A stretch of DNA of 64,000 bases from Callorhinchus milii. Taxonomy: Eukaryota. How positions within the stretch are numbered: position 1 is the stretch's first letter; each line of letters starts with the position of its first letter. Below, in pieces: positions 51,545 through 64,000 of this stretch. A model generated the notes under the pieces. That model searched no databases. It worked only from the letters and a program-made list of their open reading frames with translations, and was not told the origin of the DNA. The DNA lies in NCBI RefSeq assembly GCF_018977255.1, contig NW_024704742.1, positions 137,022,001 to 137,086,000 of the forward strand, given 5' to 3'. The position numbers were made by a program, and so were the translations under genes.

Positions 51545-54285
51545 TTGCCACAAGCCCATTCAGTATCAAGACTGGACAGAGAAACCCGAAGAGTCCAATC
51601 AACAGACTTGAACAGCTTTCTGTTTAGTACTTTGTGTGTTATCCCAGAGACTTTGCTATCACATCAAAAAAATCAAAGGAATAGCACTTGGGAGGTCCCA
51701 TCAACTTAAGCACCTTGTTGACTTCTATTTTCCTCCACACCCAGAATATGACCTAAATGTGTTAGTATTAGTGAATTAAACACATAATCATAGCTAATGA
51801 CTGAGGGTGGAAGAGGATGCTGTGCAAAGACATTGTACTGTGTGTTTTCTGCACATACTGTGTCGCTGAGTGCCTGAGGTCATCAGTAACATGTACGGCA
51901 ATTCAGTGGTATGAATTCATGCACATTTGATGTACGCTTTTGAAAAGCTTCATCGAGTTTTTTTAAATCTTCAACTGCCTTTTCATTCAGCTGTGTACAG
52001 AGTACAAATCTCTCGCATTTTCATTTCTATATCCCCAAAAAGGTGGGAATCATTCTGTACCTCTTTACTGGTACCTCACCACCAGAATTGTCATTAGGAG
52101 AGAAGGCAACATTGATTGTGTCTGCCTTAGAGCAATGCATCATAGTGACACATCAGAACACCAACCACCTTTTGCAACAGTTGCTCAGCTAGTTAGCAGA
52201 GGTAATGAATAGCAAATGCAGTGTTTAACTCTGCAAGACAGGCAGTTGGAGACGTGTTGTTTGTGGACTGTTTGGCATTTGCTCCTGAAGAAAAGTTCTG
52301 CAAAGTAATGAGTGTAACTCGGTGTTTCAGGCACTGGACTGAGAAAATAAATTAGTGGGAACAGTTCAGCCATAATGCTCATTAGTGAATTCCACGGAAG
52401 TACAGTGTTATTGAGACTTGCTACTCAACATAGTTCAGCAGAAACTGAAGAGTGACTGATCTGTTGTATACTCAGTGATGGCTCGATCAATGTATGGGTA
52501 GGCTTTGGAGAACTAACGTAACTAGTCCAGATCTGACTTGTCCTAAATTGCCTTTCAACTTAGTTTTGAATCCAGGTTTGCCACCTACTGAGCCACTCCT
52601 CCAGAGCTGCCCACTGCTGGAGAGTTCAGCTTGTTAGGTAAAGCAAGTTTGACAATGTTCTTCCTTACTCAAAACACAAGCAGTTGAGCTGTTCCAGCGT
52701 TCTGTTACATTATTCAAACTCAGCTTGCATTACATATGGTACGCTTTCTTCCGATTTCTAGGCAAAGGTTGTTGCTAATCGTATGAATGCAAGGGTGCTT
52801 CTATTGATGGGAGTTTCCACCAAATGGTTTGCCGGTTTGACTGGAAACCATTCTGTTTGGGGAAACTCAATCGTAAATGCTAGAAAAGGTTTCTAAAAAA
52901 AATGGCTAATTTGACAGCTGTTGTGACATTCAGTGAGGGAAGAAGACTCTGACCTGTACCTGTCTTGCTATTAGTTTGCTTACCTATAGCTGCCTCTTGA
53001 GGATTGGCCCATTGAGCGTGAAGGCCCTGCTCTCCTAACGCACAAGCACGAGGGGATAGTGAACCCATTGAATGTGTTTGGAATTCATTCCAGAGCAAAT
53101 GGGACTTGTTTGGCTAAAAGCTGCAGTGCCCCTATGAATTGCGCTCGGTTTATCATTGAAGTACAGTGCTTTGAGTAGTGAACTTTACATGGATTAAATC
53201 ATGGATTTGCCGCTTGAAGATTCACACTGAGGCTTTGGCACCAGTTCACTTAAGTGCAGTGAACTGTTAAAAGTAACCAATATTATTTGCACTCTGCAAA
53301 AGATATTTATTTTTAATAAGCTAGGCTAAACCTTGATTATGGACTTCACAAATACAGTTGATGAGACAAGTTAGACATTTGCTATATATTAGTTTAAAAA
53401 CAGACCAAAGCTCAGATTTTTTTTATTTTTGCTCTCTTTCTCCCAACCCCTCCTCCCCTTGCTGTTCACATTCTCCACATGAATCAAGTGTCTTAATTAA
53501 AATTTAAACTTTGTGTTTTCAAAGACTGCTGTTGATATGGAACAATATCCTGACTTGAGCTTTCAGTTACAGATGTGGCACAACAAAATGGTTACTGTTT
53601 GCATTCACCCACTGCTGTGAAGTTAGCTGGGCAATTTCAGTCCAACGATGGCTGTACATGTTGTTGATGCTCCTCGAACACTACAAGTTTGAATGCACCA
53701 CACACAGCAAACTTGGGAGAACACATATTTTAATGTGTTCAGATTGTTTGGGAGGGGGAACTGGAGATGGAGGGGGTGATTGTGTACCTTGTAAAATACA
53801 AAAAAAAAGTAACTTACTAAAACTCTGTGATCTAGCTGTCATATTTCCTTTTTGTGGCGATAGCGAGATTGATTTTTAATTTCTTTTACGTTCCTTTTCT
53901 CCACACTAGTGCTGTACTTTGTAAGTACAGTGAGTGTTAGCTTTACTTTCCAAGAACAAAAGGTGGCCAGTGTTAACTCGCTTCAGACTGGTCCAAGACC
54001 GTGCAAGATTGTCCGCCGGTCACGGGAGAAGGTTGCGCGTGTCACAAAGATGAGATCATGGAAGGAATCTATACCAAATCATGTGAAACAGGAAAAAAAA
54101 GGCCAGACTTTTTAAAAAAAAGTTTAGCAAGAGCATTTTACCATTTATCAAGTGAGCTTGTTTTACCAGGAGGATTCTGTATTGGTAGAACTTGTGAATT
54201 TATGAAAGGAAACAATCTTCAGGCTTGTTGCATATGCAGACTTAAGTGAATACACTAATAAAGGTTTTAATTCTGATGTTCTTAA
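51545..54285 (+). other. SMAD2: Probable SMAD2 3'UTR
   Basis: Follows the stop codon; no recognisable SINE/LINE until about 54560; ends near an AATAAA with a GT-rich downstream tract. The 3' end is inferred. Confidence 0.6.
54257..54262 (+). terminator. Candidate polyadenylation signal
   Basis: AATAAA followed by GT/T-rich ttctgatgttcttaatgtgtctatgttgcttgttgg; TGTA about 80 nt upstream. Another AATAAA at 52346-52351. Confidence 0.5.
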
Positions 54286-57200
54286 TGTGTCTATGTTGCT
54301 TGTTGGAGTGAGTTGCCAGTGTTCACAATGGTAAGCTGGGTGATTTGAAGTTAAAATCTCCAGCGATATTTCCAATGCATACTTTGGATTCCCTGAACCT
54401 TTATTCTTGCCAACCTGCACTAAATGCTTTCTGAAATTAGTATATTCTAGGAAGGAAGCACATTCCATTCCAGATGCAGAGAAATTTCTAAGTGTAGGTG
54501 GCATATAATGAATGGACATAATAATAATTCCATTTGATGCAGCTCCTTGTCACTTCATTGAGACAGCTTCGACCACGCCTTTGGTCACCTTCCTCCTCAT
54601 CCCCCTGGCTCGGCGCCGGAATCCGTTACGCTCTGAGACGCCGTCCGGCGTGGAGGGCACCATATAAATCCAAGTTGTTATCTTCGCTACCTGGGAATCG
54701 AACCCGGGTCCTCTCACTAGCGAGGCAAACGCTCTAATAAATATGCTTCAGGACATCACTCCTGTTTGCTGGTGCAGATTAGTGGCAATGCTTACCTACA
54801 CAGATTTAAATAATGTTCTGAGCCTCTGCCATTTCATCGTAGTCTTGGGAGCCTGGGATAATCCTAACACTTGGGCATTTTATCTGCTTTAAGATAAGAT
54901 CTATTCTACATCTACCAATCTCTGTTACAGTATTCCCAACATTTCCTAAAATACTGAATGCAAAAGTATTGTATTTTAGCATCCCTGCCGCCTGTTTGGC
55001 AAGCTCAGGTTTGCTACGCATATGGTCCTTCCCCCAACGGTGGCTGAGATTTCAGCAAATACACCACAAGCTCAGGAACCCCTCTCCACCCTTCCGTCTT
55101 GCTCCTGCTCTCTCTGAATGTCAGCCGAGCTCAGCCAGTAGCTTGTGAGACAGAAAGTTGTGGGCTGAAGTACCACGTTGGGATTTTGAGCGCACCGTCC
55201 AGGCTGACGCCATTCCAATAGTGGGGGAATGTCGAGGTGCCAGAGGTGCCATCCTTCAGTTGATGTGTTTATCTGAAATCTGATTTGCCTGTTTAGGTAA
55301 ATGTTGTGTCCCACAACAGTATTTTAAAATGAGAAATGAATTTCCCCTGTATCCTGACCAACAAGACCTCAGGAAAAAATTGCATTTGTTTGAGACATTG
55401 CTGTGTGTATTTTCCTACAAATATTTGATGTTAAATGCCAAGATTATAATCACCTCATTTCTGGTCAATATTTTGTGCGCCATTTAACTTCAGGGATAAG
55501 GTTGTAACTAGTTGCATTTCATATAGTGCAAACGTTGCAAACTTTCTATGATGCTCCTTTTCCTGAAGCTTTTGATTTTTTTTCTTTGCTCCCTCAGAAA
55601 TTAACAGTACACTTTAGTGATTGGACCGCAAGTTACCTCACCGCCAAACATCCACTAATTTGTATCCTGACTTTTCTTGCTTTCCTTTCCTCTTTTCCCT
55701 GAAAATCTTTCTGCGCTGAATATTCTCAATCACTAAAATCAATATAATTTGCATTTGATATAGCGCCTTATCACGTTGTTGAGACTTCGCAGAATGTATT
55801 ATGAAGTGGATTGACTGTATTTTGTGTTCAAAATGTGGCAGTCAATTGCGCACAGCAGTGTTTCGCAAACAGTCGTCGTGGATTGATTTTTTTTTGGGTG
55901 GAGGATTATTACCCACAGAAAGCGATCCACCAATCGATCCTGATTATCCACCAGCCATACCTTGAGGATGAACTCTTTATCTCATTAATGATTTTGTATT
56001 ATCTACATCCTCCGGTATCTACAGTTTGCGCCACTTCACATCTATTATGTAAAAATACCCTTGCAATGCTGCCAGGCTTTTTTCTTCCAAAGGAAAGAAT
56101 CTTTAGTGCATAGAAATGTGCAAATCAGTATATAGGCAAATATGTACAATATTCTGTATGTATTGTAAATTACCACCCCCTTTTTGTTGCTATAGAGTGG
56201 CCATTTCTGTCTCTGGCCACCCTTGCGGCTACTTGTCAATTTGAGTTGGACAGCCAGCCCTGTTCTAGAGTGCATTCTGTCTGCATTTCCATCCTAAGAG
56301 ATTTCTCAATTCCTGTTTTGAATCTTCGCTGAGTATTGCCAGGTTTTTGAGTCTTTGAAGGACGGGTGAAAAGTTCTCATCCTGTCCTCATTTGCACTTC
56401 CAGTGAGGACAGTTGGATCAGAGAGGGAGCTTGGTGTCTCCGGGGGATTTTGCCTTCTCCCTAATCCAGAGTAGCCCCTCCGAGAGCAGCAAATTTAGCC
56501 CTGACCAGGGATTGAACCCGGGGCCTTACCCATCTATTTCCTGGATAAACTCGCTGACCCATCATAGGCTGTCTTTGACGCTGCAATTTCTTTTACACCA
56601 TAACAAGGCTTGCTGGAAATCAGGGAGGCCGGGCAGGTCTGTGAATAATCTGCTCCACTTGAACTCTTCACAACCTCTGTGGCAATGAGGTTTCGTAATA
56701 CACATCAGCTCCAATCCCTGCCTTTTCTCTCTCTCTCTCTCTCTCTAACCCATCTAATCCAGACACAGTGACTAGGGAGATCTTAAAACCACGTAAACTT
56801 GCATATAATAAATAATAATTTGGTCACGCAATCCAAGACTTTTTATGGCTGCCGCATTTTGCCCACCAAATACAGTCAATTCATACTATACTTTACAGTA
56901 TAGTCTGTGAAGCGCTTTGAGCCATCTCGAAGACGTGATAAGGCGCTATATCAAATGAAAGGATTATTATTATTTACAGAGTGCTGTTCATACTGGTAGC
57001 ACCTCAGAGAGTTTCAAATCATTTAGCAGGAACTACTTCATGCAGAGGGTAGCGTGCCAGAGAACTACTTCAAGCGATCTGGGACACTATCCTACGCGAG
57101 GGGCACTATATAAACACAAATTGTTGTTGTTGTAGTGAGAATGTTGGACTCACTGCCTGAGAGGAAGCTAGATACACATGAGGGAAGCATAAACACCAGC

Positions 57201-59202
57201 ACAGACTGAACGCCAGTTTCCGTGCTGTAAAGTCCATGTAAATCTATCGCCCAAAGAGCATATAGGAGCATCAACAGAGGTGGACCTTCTGTAGGTATAT
57301 ATGACAAAATAACCTCAGCCAAATACTTTAATACCCAAGACAACAGGACAAGAAAACAGACTGAGAGAGAGCAAACTCCATGAGGAAGATTAATAGGTCG
57401 GGGCATCTTAGAGGAATGAGTTGAAATGGGATGAATAGTCTTCTTTAACCTCTCTTTATGTAGACACCATCAAGGACCTGGAATGTTCCTCTAGAAGGAG
57501 AATCGCCTCATTTGAAACAGTACATTTTATGTTGGGAGGGAGGACGTCTGAAAAGTGTTTCACGGGATACACTGTAATATAAGTGACTGTATTTTTTGTT
57601 GGTGAATGTGGCAGCTAATTTGCATACAGGACCATCCCACAACCAGTCCTCAACACTCACATGTCGAACATCATTAATAACAACTTGCATTTATACAGCG
57701 GCCTTCATGCGGGGTAACATCTTGGAGTACTTAACAGTGGTGGAGCTTGACTCTGAGGTGTCAAGGTGACTGTGGGGACAAACAGGAAGGCTTTCAGATG
57801 CGATCTGAAGATGGCAAGAAGGAGGCAAGGTGAAGGGATCGAGGCAGAAAGTTCCATAGTTTTCGGGGCCTGCGAGCTGAAACTGGAGCAGAGGGTACGG
57901 CGGAGGTGAAGCAGGTCGGAGCCGGCTGAGTGAATACATAGTGAAGAGTCACTAGTCAAGATGAGGGATCCCAAAGACGTAAGGATTATTAATATGAGCA
58001 AATCGTGGCTGTTCCTCTTCTTTGAGGATCATTCTAACATCCATTCTCCACACCCTCCCTACTCCCAGTGATGTTCCACTAAGATCAGGCTTACAGGAGT
58101 GGACAGAGGTGGAATATGCGCTCTCCCTGGAGGGACAATTCCTGGTTTGCTAAAGTATTAGGAGCGATTGGCAAGAGCCAAGGCTTGGGGACCCCAGAAT
58201 GTGCGTTGGAGTAACGGCTGGAGTCTAACCAGAATAGCTGGTTAAAAGTGCATAGCTTGATATTGCAGTCTGGCCAGCTTTCCGGCTTCTTGTCCAGATA
58301 GGACCACCCTACCCATCGGGCTGAATGGCCTATTCTGGAGCTGCGCTGCTTTATGTAACTCTCATGTGAAGAAAAGCCTCCAAGTTGCATTTGCAAATAA
58401 ATGTGGACATCTCGTGGCAAAGAGCAGTACTGCACTAACTTGAGTTTTATTATATGGACCATCTCATCTCTACACAGTTCAAACACCTTTAGTTTTATCA
58501 GTGAGGGCTGCGGAAAAGGGGTTGGGTGAGAGGGGGTAAATTTCTCCCCGCTGCTCACACAGGCGCTGAATCGATACTGTGTCCTGCTCTACAGTTAGCT
58601 CATATGTGACCATTTTCTCTTGTTACAGCCCTAACAGTGATTTGGACATGGACAAGGGGGCGGAGAAGGAGAATGGTGGCAATATTTACTGATAAGTCAC
58701 TAATGATATTCTCTCTATCTGTGACCAGGGCTCTCTCTCTCTCTCCGCCTCCTCGTTCTCCTCCGATCTCTCTGCTGCCTTTGTCACTGTCGACCACTCC
58801 AATCTGACCGATTATTGGGCCAATGGAAAAGTGCAGAATCTGCTAGAAACGCCTCCTTCGCTACAAACCCGGACACGCAGTGTCTCGACAATGCGCTAAG
58901 GAAACATATCAAATGCAAGGTGGATTATAACCTTTGGCAACAGATCTGCAATTGCAGAACCACAGCACCGGAGGACGCCAGAGCACCAGGGCTGCCATCA
59001 CAAACACGAGTGAAAGTCACGCAGAGAGTTAGAGATGAAGAGTTTTAGTTACCATAAGTTAAATGAAGATCACAAGATCAGTTGGCACGAAAAAGGCCCA
59101 TTGGCTCAACACCTTCCGTTCCCGCTCTCTTCCCTTCGCTCTCCGCACTGCCTCAATATTATATCAATTATTTTTTATACATTAAAATATTATGTATAAA
59201 TT

Positions 59203-59564
59203 CAGTGGTTAAGAGCACTCGCCTCGCATGCGAGAATCCTGGGTCTGATTCCCGGCAGGGCGAGACATTGGGCAAGTTTCCTTACTCCACACGCTTCTGT
59301 TTACCCAGCAGTAAGTAGTAACCCGGTTGTTAGTCGATTGGCGGATTGCTTTTCCCAGGGTAATAATTTCTTCACACAAAAAAAATAAATTGGTGACTTC
59401 AATCCACGACTGTTTATGCCACGCTGCTGTGCGCAATCGGCTGCTGCCTTTCGCCCACAAAATATACAGCCAATTCACTTTACAGTCTATTCTGTGAAGC
59501 ACTTTGACACGTCTCGAAGATGGATAGCCACTATATCATATGCAAGGATTATTATTATTATTAT
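59203..59564 (+). mobile_element. SINE family A, near full length
   Basis: cagtggttaagagcactcgcctcgc...ctatatcatatgcaagg(att)n. Confidence 0.88.
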
Positions 59565-59799
59565 TCACCTCTCTGAAGTCCTCTTTGAGCCTCCTCCTCT
59601 CAAGACTGATTAGCCCGAGCTTGTCTAATGGTTGATCAGACTCTCAGTGAATGTTGTTAGGGAGGCAAACACAGCAGCTGATCTGCACTCGTGACGTCCC
59701 ACACACAGCAATGGGATCAGCAGTTAATTAGTTTGAACTTGGGGGTAAATTTGGGCTGTGGAGAAGAACATTAGACAGGATAAACTGGGAAAACTCCCT

Positions 59800-60195
59800 G
59801 GAGTTAGATGGTTGAGGGGGTGATCTAATTGAGATGTTTAAAATGATAAAGGGATTCGATAGGGCAGATACAGACACAGAGAAACTATTTCCTCTGGTGG
59901 AGGAATCCAGAACGAGGGGGGCATCATCTTAAAATTAGAGCTTGGCCATTTAGGAGTGAAATCAGGAGAGTTTTTCACTCAAAGGGTAGTGGAAATCTGG
60001 AACTCTCCCCAAAAGGCTGTGGATGCTGAATCCCTTCGCATCTTCAAGACCGAGGTGGATAGGTATTTGTTAGGTCAGGGTATCAAGGGATATGGGGAAA
60101 AGGTGGATAATTGGAGTTGAAGTACAGATCAGCCATGATCTAATAGAACAGTGGAACAGGCTCAAGGGGCTGAATGGCCTACTCCTGTTTCTATA
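59800..60195 (+). mobile_element. CR1 LINE 3' end
   Basis: LRGDLIEMFKMIKGFDR-like coding, ends ggctgaatggcctactcctgtttcta. Confidence 0.88.
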
Positions 60196-62014
60196 AAAAG
60201 ACTGTTTGTTTGAAACTAGCAACCGGGGAGTGGGAGGAGGTTCGCTAAATCTCCACTAGAATCACAGACCAGAGAGAACATAAATTTATTTAGTTTTCGG
60301 TCAGCTGTGTGTCTGACCCATGCAGAAACCCATCACGTGCTCAAGAGTATCCCAACCGAACATCTATGTACATCAACTCCACGTGCATCTGGAGTGGAAT
60401 GCGCCCTCTCCCTACCTGGAGGGACGCTTCCTGTTTATCTGATTCCAGAGAGTATTAGACGCAGGTTGGTAAGGCTTGGGGGTAACTGCTGTGTGCAATT
60501 GCCTGCGGCATTTCGCCCACAAAATATACAGTATATTTTATGAAGCGCTTTGAGACATCTCGAAGACCTGAAATCAAATGCAAGGGTTATAAAGGATTAT
60601 TATAACTGTTGGTGTCTCTAACCAGCTGCCATTGAGGTCGCGGGAGCCAAATTAATGGCTCCATTGAAAAACGGACGAACCATCCCAAAATAAACTGCCT
60701 CCGATTGCTCATGGTCTCGGTGTGTGCAGACGCCACTCTCCATTGACCTCTGCTCAACCCGGGCACACAACAGCCCTTTGTGCCTCTCTGGTGTCACCTT
60801 CCCCCGCTCCGCACAGTCTCGAGTATTGGACACAGTTGGCTTGTGTTTCCTGTGGCCTTTAGCCGAGACGCTGGCCTGTAACCTGACCGCCAGAACGCTC
60901 GGGGAGTTAATTAGTCAAACGCGATGTTCCGCTCTGCGGGACCGTCCCACAATAGAGGCCAAACCTTGGGAAAGGAAAATCACCTTCGTTCTCCACGAGG
61001 AGAAACCGGAGGAGCAGCCGCTGAGCACTGGCTTCACAATCTGCTCTCGGGTGAAATATTGATGGGGTTTCAACCTAGGGGCCTGACTGGGAGCGATCTC
61101 AGGGCCTGAGCGACTGTCCCGCTCAGTTGTAAGGAAGAGGGAATCGCTATTGCGCCTCGTCATGTCCAAATTAATTACTGTCAAGTGTAGTGACTGTGTT
61201 TTTAAGAAACCAATTTGGCTTCAACTGCCTCAGTTTAGCTCAGAGGGCATTATGTCCCGCGAGGCAATTGGCCGTTTCCCAGTGCATTGGGACGTCCTCC
61301 CGATGTGGAAGGTGCATCATTTGTTGTTTGTTGTTGTTCTTGCTGCTGCGTTTCACCCACAAAATATACAGTCAATTCACTTTACAGTAAAGCGCATTGA
61401 GACGTCTCAAAGACATGATAAGGTGCTATATCGAATGCAAGGATTATTTCCATTATCAGGCAAGCTGGATGGACTTTGGTCTTCTTCTGCCTGGCAAATT
61501 CTTATGTCTGTTTAAAACCTGCTCGATGCTGTGAGAGATGGCAGGGATTTTGTAGGGATGAGATCAAATGGGCCGATGGACCTTCTTCATCCGAACCTCT
61601 GTCTCTCTCGCGATTTGCCGAAGCGGGTTAGTGCTCGGGGAGACGGGGAATAGGTAAACTGGCTGCCTAAGTGGTGCTAACAATAACAATAAAAGTTGAA
61701 GGCTGTTGAAGGAAGCACAACTCGGGAGAGTGGGATAATGGAGAGGATGACCTCATCCCCACTAATCCATAAGAGCCCGAGTGGGAGCAGTTGACTTACG
61801 GCTCAGACAGGAACTGCTGCCTGCACATTGATAACTGTAATGGGTTTTCTTTCTCAAGGTCTCACACCTCCACTAACAGTGATTAAGACCATTAGATCCA
61901 TTTTGTGGTCTCTCTTTCCCTCTCTCCCTCTCTCTCCCCCTCCCTCTCAAATGTCCAGACTTTATGTAGATCGTCAGGGCTGGAGACTTTCTGACCCTCC
62001 AGATTTCTCTCTGT

Positions 62015-62310
62015 AGACGACGACTTATATGGCACCCTCCACCTAGGGCAGCATCTCAGAGCGCTGAACAGTGACTCCGAGTCGGGTGGGGGGTGGGAGG
62101 GGTGGAGGTGGCTGTAAGCACAGGCGAAGAGGAAGGTTTTCAGGCAGGTCTTCACAAAGGGGAGAGAGGGGGCAAGGCGGAGGGATTGAGCGAGAGTGTT
62201 CCAGAGTTTCGGGGCGTAGTGGCCGAAAGCACAACCTCCGATGGTGGGGCATATGGCGGGAGGGACGAGCAGAAGGCCAGAGCCAGTCGAGTGGATTAAG
62301 GAGTGAGGAG
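62015..62310 (-). mobile_element. L2 LINE 3' end
   Basis: Reverse complement: accatcggaggttgtgctttcggccactacgccccgaaactctggaac...KTCLKTFLF. Confidence 0.8.
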
Positions 62311-62336
62311 GTCGTAGACATTAGTAACACTCTCAC

Positions 62337-62781
62337 TTAATAATAATCCTTGCTTTTGATTTAGCGCCTTTTCACGTCTTCAAGACGTCTCAAAGCGCTT
62401 CACAGGATAATAATAATAATAATATACTGACTGTAAAGTGACTTGACGGTAGATTTTGTGGGCGAAAGTAGCCACGTAGTAATGACACACAAACAGCAGT
62501 TAGAGTGAGTGAACATTTTATTTGGGGGATTGTCAGCCAGGACACCGGGGGAGAGAAACTCCCTTCTCTTTTCAAATAGCGCCACAGGATATTTAATATC
62601 CACCTGAACAGGCAGACGGGATTTTGGTTCAACGTCTCATCCGAAGTCCAGCGCCTCCACAAGAATCCACAATGTATCAGAGCGTCACCTTAGAATGTGT
62701 CATTCCAAATCCTGATGTGGGGCTTGAACCCAGAGCCTTCGGACTCCGAGGCAAGAGCATTACCACCGAGCCAGACTGACA
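62337..62781 (-). mobile_element. SINE family B, full length
   Basis: Head (revcomp) gtcagtctggctcggtggtaatgctcttgcctcggagtccgaaggctctgggttcaagccccac; core ggatgagacgttgaacc...ctgcctgttcaggtggat; (ATT)n tail. Confidence 0.85.
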
Positions 62782-62786
62782 CATAC

Positions 62787-63130
62787 AGAGGTGCTCATTG
62801 CTAATATCAGTCTATATAGAGGTGCGCATTGCTAATATCAGACTATATAGAGGTGTCATTGCTAATATCAGTCTATATAGAGGTGCGCATTGCTAATATC
62901 AGACTATATAGAGGTGTCATTGCTAATATCAGACTATATAGAGGTGTCACTGCTAATATCGGACTATATAGAGGTGCTCACTGCTAATATCAGACTATAT
63001 AGAGGTGCTCACTGCTAATATCAGACTATATAGAGGTGTCACTGCTAATATCGGACTATATAGAGGTGCTCACTGCTAATATTGGACTATATAGAGGTGC
63101 TCACTGTTAATATATGGAGGTGTCGCTGCT
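62787..63130. repeat. Minisatellite, 30-31-bp unit, 10 full and 2 partial copies
   Basis: Unit AGAGGTG(C)TCA(T/C)TGCTAATATC(A/G)GACTATAT, head to tail with no spacers. Confidence 0.95.
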
Positions 63131-63239
63131 GACGTCTGCACAGTGCTGCCCGCTGTTTCTTCTGACACTAACTTGTCTGTGGGAAACATGTCCCATTTAC
63201 CGGGTTGTGCTGTGTTGCTCTTCAAGAGATAGATGATGG

Positions 63240-63578
63240 ATTCCCGTAGTGTCGTGGTTGGCGCCCTCACCTCGCAAGCGAGAGGACCCAGGTTTGATTC
63301 CCGGGCGGAACTTTAGCCGAGTTTCCTTACTCGACACGCCCTTGTTTATCTCGCCTTAAGTAGAAACCGGGCGATTGGTGGATTGTTTTGAGGAGGTAAT
63401 AATCCCTCCAAAAAAAACACAATTGATCCCTCAATCCGCGGTTGTTTGTGGGAAGCCGCTGTGCGCAATTGGCTGCTGCCTTTCGCTCGCAAATTACACG
63501 GTCACTCCGCTTCACAATATATTCTGTGAGGCGCTTTGAGCCGCCTCGTCGACGTGAGAATGTGAGGATTATTATAAT
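63240..63578 (+). mobile_element. SINE family A, diverged full length
   Basis: ctcacctcgcaagcgagaggacccaggtttgattcccgg...gctgtgcgcaattggctgctgcc...gaggcgctttgag...gattattat. Confidence 0.8.
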
Positions 63579-64000
63579 TGTTGTGTTCAGGTGTCTCGAG
63601 TTCTTTTGGGTGCTGTTGCTCACGGGAACCACAAGGTGGCGACACAGGATGAGACCAGGACGATGGGTGCTGCGGAGGCTGGTGGCCGCTGATGTCTCTC
63701 TGGCTCGCAGTGCGCGGAGGGCAATTTGGAGCAATTAACAGGGACTATTACGGCTGTGATAATTAGCGTTCTCGCGAAATTAAGACCCATTCGATGGGTT
63801 TACTGCGAGTGGCTTGTGTCACTGCCTTAAGTACGCTTTTCCAGCTCATCGGAGCCGTGAAGGGTAACAACTGTTGAGTTTCGTGGGTCACGTGTGGTAA
63901 TTCAGGCAATGGGAAGCCACCGAACCATAATTACAGGCTCCGCAGGATTCCCACATGGGACGTTACTGTCTTCGACGACTTTATTGCCTTTATCTTTCAT

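Noticed and set aside
62787..63130. CRISPR-like array (30-31-bp repeats)
   Set aside because: No unique spacers, no cas genes and a vertebrate context; it is a tandem minisatellite.

Overview
AT-rich, intron-containing vertebrate DNA. The CR1/L2 LINEs and tRNA-headed Deu-type SINEs suggest a cartilaginous fish (inference). The window holds most of a SMAD2 gene on the + strand: nine coding exons (3-11 in human numbering; 28867-51544) with canonical AG/GT boundaries. They splice into one open frame ending in the SMAD2 C-terminal motif SSMS-stop and include the 90-nt SMAD2-specific exon 3. No ATG-bearing exon 2 is visible, so 1-28866 is probably intron 2. After the stop there is a repeat-free stretch of about 3 kb (likely 3'UTR; candidate AATAAA at 54257), then repeat-rich, more CpG-rich downstream DNA with a 30-31-bp minisatellite. 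Nearly all ORF-track entries are repeat-derived or noise. I see no strong evidence for a wholly new biological system. Best leads: (1) a two-copy composite non-autonomous Helitron-like element; (2) a perfect 17-bp palindrome of AAAGGTCA nuclear-receptor sites in intron 2; (3) an unclassified 4-copy dispersed repeat; (4) a SINE with twin-priming-type inversion; (5) a miR-430/302 plus miR-18 seed block in the proximal 3'UTR; (6) SMAD3-like residues in this SMAD2 linker. Repeat boundaries were read by eye and are approximate; comparisons with human sequences are from memory.
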